Below, in pieces: positions 57,679 to 64,000 of a DNA stretch of 64,000 nucleotides. The DNA lies in the IMG/VR virus record IMGVR_UViG_3300042564_002302, positions 26,416 to 90,415 of that record; one strand, 5' to 3'. The stretch is from a virus. The notes beneath the pieces were generated by a model, which had not been told where the DNA came from, ran no database searches, and worked only from the letters and a program-made list of their open reading frames with translations. The position numbers were made by a program, and so were the translations under genes. Each line of letters starts with the position of its first letter. The first letter of the stretch is position 1.

Positions 57679-58065
57679 ATGGCAATGTACACATATTATA
57701 CTAAAATAGATAGAGTCGTAGACGGAGATACAGTAGATGTATTTATCGATCTAGGATTTAGCGTTTGGCACAAAGAACGTATTCGCATGGATGGAATTGA
57801 CACAGCAGAAAAGAATACTGTGTTTGGTAAAGCAACAAAAGAATTTTTAATTAAAACACTTGAGGGAAAGCTTGTTAGGCTAGAAGTATCAAAGCCAGAT
57901 AAGTATGGCCGTTATCTAGGTAAAATCTACCTAGACTCAACAGAAAGCGTGAATGATCAGATGATTAAGTTTGGAATTGCAAAACCATATGGCGGAGATT
58001 CTAAAGTTGGTCTATGGACAGAAGAAGAGCTTGCAAAGAGCTCTATTGATGTAATAATCAAGTAA
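57679..58065 (+). CDS. Thermonuclease (SNase-like)
   Basis: RVVDGDTVD..IDLGF, RIRMDGIDTAE, DKYGRYLG. Confidence 0.9.
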   Translation: MAMYTYYTKIDRVVDGDTVDVFIDLGFSVWHKERIRMDGIDTAEKNTVFGKATKEFLIKTLEGKLVRLEVSKPDKYGRYLGKIYLDSTESVNDQMIKFGIAKPYGGDSKVGLWTEEELAKSSIDVIIK

Positions 58066-58070
58066 TATCC

Positions 58071-58099
58071 TTGACTTTCACATTTTAAGCTGTTACAAT
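58071..58099 (+). promoter_or_regulatory. Sigma70/SigA-type promoter of the whiB operon
   Basis: TTGACT-17-TACAAT with TG extension. Confidence 0.8.
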
Positions 58100-58129
58100 A
58101 TAATATAACTACTATCAGTTAGGAAAGAA

Positions 58130-58345
58130 ATGATTGTAAATCACGATCAGGCTGAATCTATTGTAAGATCAAATAGAGAGCTATTTTGGGATGGTTGGAC
58201 CATCGTATCTTGGTATAGAAATCCAGAAGGCTATAGCAGCAAATACGGCATGTTTAGAAAAGGCTCTTGGGGCATTGCAAGACGTTTCCCAATGAAGTCT
58301 GATGGGACATGGGAAATTCAGAATAAATATGTCAAGAATACTTGA
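58130..58345 (+). CDS. Hypothetical Trp-rich protein
   Basis: RBS AGGA; LFWDGWTIV. Confidence 0.65.
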   Translation: MIVNHDQAESIVRSNRELFWDGWTIVSWYRNPEGYSSKYGMFRKGSWGIARRFPMKSDGTWEIQNKYVKNT

Positions 58346-58637
58346 TGAACTTGGCATAGATAAAGATGATTTAGTATGGACAGATCTAGCGGCATGCCAG
58401 AATCTACCAACAAATAACTTTTTTGAAACCTACGAGACAGACACAATCCTTGCCAAAAGTATAGATGACATGTGTCTTGTATGTCCAGTTGCTAAACAAT
58501 GTTTAGAAGCTGGTATGGAAAATGATGAGTACGGTGTGTGGGGTGGAGTTTATCTATCTCTAGGAACTCCAGATAAAACAAGAAACGCACATAAAACCCC
58601 AGAGTATTGGAAAAAGTGGAAAGCTAAGCATGGATAA
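58329..58637 (+). CDS. whiB: WhiB-family Fe-S transcription factor
   Basis: W..LAAC...FF...CLVCPVAKQCL...YGVWGG; start set at ATG 58329. Confidence 0.9.
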   Translation: MSRILDELGIDKDDLVWTDLAACQNLPTNNFFETYETDTILAKSIDDMCLVCPVAKQCLEAGMENDEYGVWGGVYLSLGTPDKTRNAHKTPEYWKKWKAKHG

Positions 58638-58914
58638 TAAGCCATCTTCAGCACCAATTGTTTATACCAGACAGATGGCTATAGACGTTAGAAAAGTAAA
58701 GAAGCCTTTTAAAGACCTTATAATTGATATTGTAAAGTACCCAGAATTTTTATGTATAAGAATGCATGAAGATAACATTATGAAACATGATGTTAATGGT
58801 AGAGTATTAATAACAGATTACGTAAGCTTAGTTCGCAAGATAATCGAGTCCTACGGGGTTCGGTGTGAGTTCGAAGGAGTAAAAGGTGACGGAAGAAAGA
58901 AAGTACAACGATAG
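58630..58914 (+). CDS. Hypothetical protein
   Basis: Coupled ORF. Confidence 0.6.
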   Translation: MDNKPSSAPIVYTRQMAIDVRKVKKPFKDLIIDIVKYPEFLCIRMHEDNIMKHDVNGRVLITDYVSLVRKIIESYGVRCEFEGVKGDGRKKVQR

Positions 58915-59098
58915 ATTCCAGTTTGTCTATATCTTTGATGAAATGGTTATCGGAGAAATAGTGACAGAAGGTCTCTATGCTTCCGTTGTTAAGTATAGTA
59001 AGGATGGCATAGAGTATGAGATCCTTATGGACAATGAAGAGTTTACAGTAATCCAAGAAGTTGGGTTTGAGCACATCGAGGAGTATGATGAAGAATAA
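58886..59098 (+). CDS. Hypothetical protein
   Basis: RBS AAGGAG, GTG start. Confidence 0.6.
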   Translation: MTEERKYNDRFQFVYIFDEMVIGEIVTEGLYASVVKYSKDGIEYEILMDNEEFTVIQEVGFEHIEEYDEE

Positions 59099-59333
59099 CG
59101 AAGTCCTATGTTTTTGTTGCAGCAAGCAAAAATTTAATCTTGGAATGAAGAAATCAGCCATTATCAAGAATTTAAATTTAGTCATATGCGACTCATGCAA
59201 TCAACTTGGATATGAGCCTAGATGGGTAATCATTATGGCTGGAAGGCAGTATGGTCCAGATTCAGTAAAGGATTATGTCCTAAAGAAGAGGTATCTTGGT
59301 GAAGACATCTCGGCAAGCGAACTGCTTGTATGA
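59088..59333 (+). CDS. Zinc-finger hypothetical protein
   Basis: CFCC...CDSC...YEPRW; RBS GAGGAG. Confidence 0.6.
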   Translation: MKNNEVLCFCCSKQKFNLGMKKSAIIKNLNLVICDSCNQLGYEPRWVIIMAGRQYGPDSVKDYVLKKRYLGEDISASELLV

Positions 59334-60025
59334 AAACAATATACTGGGCACCATATACATTAGAATATAACTACACATCTTACTCTATGCTTAATCATGA
59401 GATTGAGCCATTGGCTAAAGATTTGGGTTTATTTGATGCTTCGTCTATGCCATGGATGAAATGCCCAGCATTTTTAAATGAGTCACGTAATACATTTGTT
59501 GTAAAGAATCCAGTTGACTTTAGCTTTTCATACGGAGACGGAAGTATCAATCAGACTACTGGAATACCCAATATCATAAGGGTAAGAAAAGATTCACCAG
59601 AGCAGTCTATGACCCTGGCATACGATATGAAGTATATCTTTTTTAGTGAAGATGATATATCAATTACTCAGATGCCAGCCTTTATGCATAGGAACACGTT
59701 CAACCAGCTTGGAGCATTGATTCCTGGATCATTTAATATCAATAAATGGTTTAGGCCAATAGATATAGCCATTCAAGCATGGGATGAGCATGGCGGTGCA
59801 ACCCTTAATGCTGGTGATCCACTTTATTATATTAAGTTTAATACAGATGAGAAGATATCTCTAAAGAGATTTAGTATGTCTGATGAATTAAATAGACTTG
59901 TTCACGGAATAGTTCAGCATAAACAATTTGAACCCAAGCTTCCATTATTGGATCTATACTCTAGGTTTATTAGGTCTGGAATGCAATCTAAGGTCCTAAA
60001 AGAGATAAAGAGGAATATAGTATGA
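59330..60025 (+). CDS. Hypothetical protein (beta-rich, possibly dUTPase-like fold)
   Basis: KCPAF...NP.D...IPG.FNI.KWFRP...GDPLYYI. Confidence 0.55.
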   Translation: MKTIYWAPYTLEYNYTSYSMLNHEIEPLAKDLGLFDASSMPWMKCPAFLNESRNTFVVKNPVDFSFSYGDGSINQTTGIPNIIRVRKDSPEQSMTLAYDMKYIFFSEDDISITQMPAFMHRNTFNQLGALIPGSFNINKWFRPIDIAIQAWDEHGGATLNAGDPLYYIKFNTDEKISLKRFSMSDELNRLVHGIVQHKQFEPKLPLLDLYSRFIRSGMQSKVLKEIKRNIV

Positions 60026-60246
60026 AGAAGTATGAGAAGATAGGCTATATCATTGGTTTAGGCATAGGCGCATTGGCCTGGCTATTTTTAACAGGATATA
60101 CAATCATTGAGTTGATTGATAGATTTATTAATGATAGTGGGGACCCATTCCCAGTCTTGACAACAATGCTATGTATTAGTATACTGTTTAGAGTGCAAAT
60201 TATGAATATGCTATTTAAAAGAGTATTGGAGTGGATTAACAAATGA
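60022..60246 (+). CDS. Small two-TM membrane protein
   Basis: Two hydrophobic segments. Confidence 0.55.
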   Translation: MKKYEKIGYIIGLGIGALAWLFLTGYTIIELIDRFINDSGDPFPVLTTMLCISILFRVQIMNMLFKRVLEWINK

Positions 60247-60779
60247 CAGTAATTGCTGCCGTAGTAAATAAGAATGGCTCATACATCGCAGGTGATCGTG
60301 GTGCCTCAGACTCTAATGTTATTTTTCCATTAGCGCATTCAAAGGTTTGGCAGTTAGGCCAGTACCTATTTGGTTATTTCGGTAGCATGGACGGAGAAAA
60401 GGTTATGTATAGCTTTTCACCACCACCACTAAAGACAAAGAATATAGATAAGTTTATGTTGACAGAATTTACAACTGCACTTAAAGAATTTTATGACGAG
60501 CATTTTGTTTTCATAGGCGATAAAGAAATGGATTTTGGTATGATAATCGTTGCTGGTGGATATATCTACGAGCATGATGCAGGAACTATGTCTATGACTA
60601 GATTCGAAACCAATTATCTTTCTGTTGGAAGCGGTTCAGAGTATGCTCTAGGATCTCTTCATACCAGCGAAGCTTGGGCAGACGGAAAGAGAAGAGTAAG
60701 GACTGCTGTAGAATCAGCAATTAAATATAGCCCATCATGCATGGGTCCAGTAGACGTGATAGGGATAACAAACAAATGA
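60243..60779 (+). CDS. Ntn-hydrolase, HslV/proteasome beta-like peptidase
   Basis: N-terminal M-T, AGDR, KV, GSGSEYALG, A..Y.P. Confidence 0.8.
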   Translation: MTVIAAVVNKNGSYIAGDRGASDSNVIFPLAHSKVWQLGQYLFGYFGSMDGEKVMYSFSPPPLKTKNIDKFMLTEFTTALKEFYDEHFVFIGDKEMDFGMIIVAGGYIYEHDAGTMSMTRFETNYLSVGSGSEYALGSLHTSEAWADGKRRVRTAVESAIKYSPSCMGPVDVIGITNK

Positions 60780-60979
60780 TGACTCAAGAAGTTTTAGAAG
60801 AAATTACTCAAGAGGTTGCAAGGGAATACTTTGAAACCTTTTACCTACCAGAGATAAAGCCAGAAGAGGCTATGGAGATGTACAAGTTTGCAGCAGACGA
60901 GGTATTCTTTGTTATCTCAAACTTTTTAAATAGATTCAACGAAAGGGCAGAACGTGTCAAAACAGAACAACCAGAATGA
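60776..60979 (+). CDS. Hypothetical protein
   Basis: ATGA overlap. Confidence 0.55.
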   Translation: MMTQEVLEEITQEVAREYFETFYLPEIKPEEAMEMYKFAADEVFFVISNFLNRFNERAERVKTEQPE

Positions 60980-61256
60980 TTTTGAAACAGATGTTAAGAA
61001 GATATTTGATGAGGCATATGATTTGCTTTTAAGAAAGCATAGAGACTACGGCCCAAAGAATATTTCATCTGCTCCAGGAGGAGCTTTAAATGGTCTTATC
61101 GTCAGAAAACATGATAAGTTTGAACGTATCAAGAATCTGTTCTTTATACGAAAGAATGATAAACCACAGTTTGAAACTTTGAGAGAGTCATTTATTGATG
61201 ATCTCAACTACAGCGCAATTGCCATGATGGTAATTGATGGGAAATGGCCAGAATGA
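60954..61256 (+). CDS. Nucleotide-modification associated domain 1 (DUF1599-like)
   Basis: LLRKHRDYGPKNI...VRKHDKFERIKNL...E.L.ESF.D..NYSAI. Confidence 0.8.
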   Translation: MSKQNNQNDFETDVKKIFDEAYDLLLRKHRDYGPKNISSAPGGALNGLIVRKHDKFERIKNLFFIRKNDKPQFETLRESFIDDLNYSAIAMMVIDGKWPE

Positions 61257-61375
61257 TTTTGTACTGGCTCCTAGTAGAAAAGATATACAAAATCACAGAT
61301 AAGATATATTCTAAGGTATTTCACAGCATGGACTTTGATCTGACCGAAGATGTAGACAATGAAGAAGACCTTTAG
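61253..61375 (+). CDS. Small hypothetical protein (40 aa, not in ORF track)
   Basis: ATGA overlap; fills the gap before the next promoter. Confidence 0.45.
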   Translation: MILYWLLVEKIYKITDKIYSKVFHSMDFDLTEDVDNEEDL

Positions 61376-61377
61376 GG

Positions 61378-61406
61378 TTGACTTCCAGACAACTTTTTGG
61401 TAGAAT
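61378..61406 (+). promoter_or_regulatory. Sigma70/SigA-type promoter
   Basis: TTGACT-17-TAGAAT (TG-extended); inverted repeat TTGTGTGA-cca-TCACACAA at 61415-61433. Confidence 0.8.
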
Positions 61407-61472
61407 AGAAGCTATTGTGTGACCATCACACAAGGCAGTACCAAATCATATGAAGAGGAAAATAAAAAACAC

Positions 61473-62525
61473 ATGAAGAAACTATCAATCCTTGCAGCGG
61501 CAATTCTTGCTGCTACATCTATTGCTACTTCGGCTAACGCAGCACCACTTTCAGTAACAGTGGCAGGCGTTGTAAATGCAACAACAGCACTAGCACCAGC
61601 AACAGCAAATGTTCCAGCAGATAACTCTGTTGATTCAGCAGATGCAGTCGCTATCGCAGCAACAGCAGATACTGCAACAGCAGTAACATTTGTTGCTACA
61701 GGTGGAGTAAAGCTTGTCACAGCACTTGCAACAGTATCAGCACCAGTTACATCTGCAGCAGGAGTAACATCTTACACAGCAACTTCAGCAGGAGTTGCAA
61801 TCACAGTATATGCATTCACAACAGGAACAGCAGTTGGTTCAGTTACCGTCACAAACGGTTCATACTCAACAGTTGTTTATGTAAAGGGAATTGCAGGATC
61901 TGCTTATAACGTATCAGTGGCAGTACCATCAGCGACAGCAGTTGGAACTATTCCATCAATTGTTGCTTCAGCAACAGACGTTTTTGGTAATCCAGTTGGC
62001 GGAGAAACAGTTACAGCAACACTAGTTGGTGCAACATTTGCTGATGGATCAATCTCAAAGGCTATCGTTACTGCAACAGCAGCACAGGTAGCAGCAGATT
62101 CAACACTTACACTTGGTTCCAAGAAGGAGCTTTTGTCAGCAGCAGTTGCTGGAACAGTAACAGTAGCGGCAACAGGAGCAGCATCTGCAACAGCAGTAAC
62201 TGGTCTTGCAGCACCAACTAAGGCTGTAGTTGCTACATACGCAGTAACAGATCTTAATGGAACAATTGCAGCACTTAATGTAAAGGTTGCAGCGCTTACA
62301 GCAGAACTTGCAGCAGAAAAAGCAGCACGAGTTGCAGATAAGACAGCAGCAGACAAGGCACTTGCTGATGCAAAGACAGCATCAGACAAGGCACTAGCAG
62401 ACGCAAAGGTTGCATCAGATGCAGCAGCAAAGCTAGCAGCAGACAAGGCAAAGGCAGAGTACAATGCACTTGTTAAGAAGTGGAACGCAAAGAATCCAAA
62501 GGCTAAGATTGCTCTAAAGAAGTAA
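61473..62525 (+). CDS. Secreted Ala/Thr/Val-rich Ig-like surface (S-layer-like) protein
   Basis: Signal peptide MKKLSILAAAILAATSIATSANA|A; ATDVFGNPV Ig-like motif; ADKALADAK coiled-coil repeats; basic C-terminus. Confidence 0.75.
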   Translation: MKKLSILAAAILAATSIATSANAAPLSVTVAGVVNATTALAPATANVPADNSVDSADAVAIAATADTATAVTFVATGGVKLVTALATVSAPVTSAAGVTSYTATSAGVAITVYAFTTGTAVGSVTVTNGSYSTVVYVKGIAGSAYNVSVAVPSATAVGTIPSIVASATDVFGNPVGGETVTATLVGATFADGSISKAIVTATAAQVAADSTLTLGSKKELLSAAVAGTVTVAATGAASATAVTGLAAPTKAVVATYAVTDLNGTIAALNVKVAALTAELAAEKAARVADKTAADKALADAKTASDKALADAKVASDAAAKLAADKAKAEYNALVKKWNAKNPKAKIALKK

Positions 62526-62537
62526 TTTTAGTTAACT

Positions 62538-62573
62538 AAAGGGACGGAATTATATTCCGTCCCTTTTTGTTTT
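62538..62573 (+). terminator. Intrinsic terminator
   Basis: AAAGGGACGGAAT-tat-ATTCCGTCCCTTT followed by a T-run. Confidence 0.9.
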
Positions 62574-62624
62574 GCATTTTTTTAATGCTATAATTAACTT
62601 GTAACACATACAAGTAGAGAGGAA

Positions 62625-64000
62625 ATGACAAAACGACTATTAATTAGTATGTTTTCAGCAGTGCTTTTGGCACTGCTATTAGTCATTTTATCCCCAAGCA
62701 AGGCTCACGCTGAAGAAACAACAGTCCAGGTTACCACAGCACCCTCATCAGATACATCAACAGCAACAGTGCAGATCACAGTTCAAGCAGTTGAACAAAA
62801 GATTGAGGCTGCTCAAACAACACTTCAAGAGGCTGCTACAGCACAATCAAATACAATAATAGCTACTATTCAGGCTAATGTGCCAAACACAGATACTCAG
62901 ACAGCTACAACAATTGCTACAACACAAGAGCCAATATCTACAGCAGTAGCAGAGGCAACAGTAAAGGTTCAAGAAGCAAATAATGCAATACAGTCTGCCG
63001 AGACAGCAGTTGCAGTTGCAGTAACAGCCCAAGCAGCAGTTGAATCACAAACTGCAGTAGTTGCCACAGCAACAACAAATCTAAACAATGCTCAAACAAA
63101 TTTAAATACAGTAACTCAACAGGTTGAATCTCAAACTGCTGTAGTTGCTACAGATACCACAAACCTTGCTACAGCCCAGGCTGCTGCTGATGCTTCAGCT
63201 GTAGAAACAACTACCAATGGAATTGAGGTAACAACATATGCATCCCAAGGTGGACAGCAGCCACCGCTTCCAGCAGAAAATGCAACACCACTTTCAACAA
63301 CAACAGTTCCTTATATTGCTCACCAATTTGGAAGCGGAGAAGTATTTAATTCTGGGCGGGTAGACAATGTAATTGTGAAATTTGAAGGAACTATTACCGT
63401 TCCAGAAGAAGCAGTAACGGTAAAATATGCAATACATTCTGACGATGGGGCAAAGATGTATGTTGACGGACAACTTGCAATAAATGAGTGGATTGATAAA
63501 GGCGGAGGATGGAGCCAATACTCTCCGACTTATAACACAACTGTAGATAAACAACAGGACTTTACCGTTTGGTACTATGAAAACGGTGGAGGATCACAAG
63601 TTATACTTGGCTGGCTAATAATGAGACAAGATGGAAGTGGATATTTTACTACTCCAAATCAAACAGCATTTGCAACTACAATAGTAACGAAAGATCCAGT
63701 ATTAGTTGCTGCAGTTGCTACTGCACAGACAACTCTTAATAATGATACTGCAGTGCTTAATACTCTTACTACACAGAAGACTGCAGCAGAAGCAGTAGTT
63801 GTAGATAAAACAGAGGTAAAAGCGGTTGAAGTTGCCACATTAAATCAGCTTACAGAAACTGCTACAGCAACAGTTCAAACAGCAGACACCCTTGCTAATA
63901 CAGCAACAACAAAAGTAAATGAAGCAGTAACTGCAATGACAAATGCAGCACAGGTTACAGTTAATTATTATGCAGAGCAACAAGCAGCAGCACAAGCCGC
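62625..64000 (+). CDS. Secreted/membrane-anchored coiled-coil protein with PA14 domain (3' truncated, not in ORF track)
   Basis: TGCTATAAT promoter, RBS GAGG; signal MTKRLLISMF...KAHA|EE; PA14 motifs VKFEGTITVP, HSDDGAKMYVDGQLAINEW, WYYENGGG; open to the window end. Confidence 0.8.
   Translation, partial: MTKRLLISMFSAVLLALLLVILSPSKAHAEETTVQVTTAPSSDTSTATVQITVQAVEQKIEAAQTTLQEAATAQSNTIIATIQANVPNTDTQTATTIATTQEPISTAVAEATVKVQEANNAIQSAETAVAVAVTAQAAVESQTAVVATATTNLNNAQTNLNTVTQQVESQTAVVATDTTNLATAQAAADASAVETTTNGIEVTTYASQGGQQPPLPAENATPLSTTTVPYIAHQFGSGEVFNSGRVDNVIVKFEGTITVPEEAVTVKYAIHSDDGAKMYVDGQLAINEWIDKGGGWSQYSPTYNTTVDKQQDFTVWYYENGGGSQVILGWLIMRQDGSGYFTTPNQTAFATTIVTKDPVLVAAVATAQTTLNNDTAVLNTLTTQKTAAEAVVVDKTEVKAVEVATLNQLTETATATVQTADTLANTATTKVNEAVTAMTNAAQVTVNYYAEQQAAAQA

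Noticed and set aside
61419-61472. ORF-track start at 61419
   Set aside because: It lies in the 5' hairpin; the signal peptide begins at ATG 61473.
1293-63554. All minus-strand ORFs in the track (e.g. 11477-12199, 61904-62464)
   Set aside because: They are shadows of + strand genes with biased codons; no RBS or motifs.
1-64000. Alternative genetic code or prophage/integration features
   Set aside because: Genes are intact under code 11 with all three stops used; no integrase, att site or host boundary is visible.

Overview
This 64 kb AT-rich window comes from a large tailed dsDNA phage of siphovirus type (long tape measure, no sheath gene). Essentially all real genes lie on the + strand. 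Gene order: accessory fibre/adhesin-like cluster (1-9037), including a 4xPASTA-Pro-rich-Hint protein followed by a GNAT-like gene and four 2OG-Fe(II) oxygenase-like genes; head module (portal, protease/scaffold, capsid); neck and tail module with a -1 frameshifted chaperone, tape measure and FN3-rich fibres; replication/recombination module (DnaB, primase, SSB, DnaE, MazG-like, RecA, Cas4-like, RuvC-like); displaced terminase genes; five tRNAs among small accessory genes (WhiB, MSMEG_6728-like, FmdB-like, SNase, Ntn-hydrolase); and two secreted surface-type proteins at the end. WhiB, PASTA, MSMEG_6728/FmdB-like genes and leaderless promoters point to an actinobacterial host, plausibly low-GC freshwater Actinobacteria (inference). 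The best candidate for an undescribed system is the self-processing Pro-rich PASTA protein with its adjacent modification enzymes (3113-7409). The second is an unexplained structured RNA/attenuator at 55343-55465. All family calls come from visual motif recognition; no searches were run.
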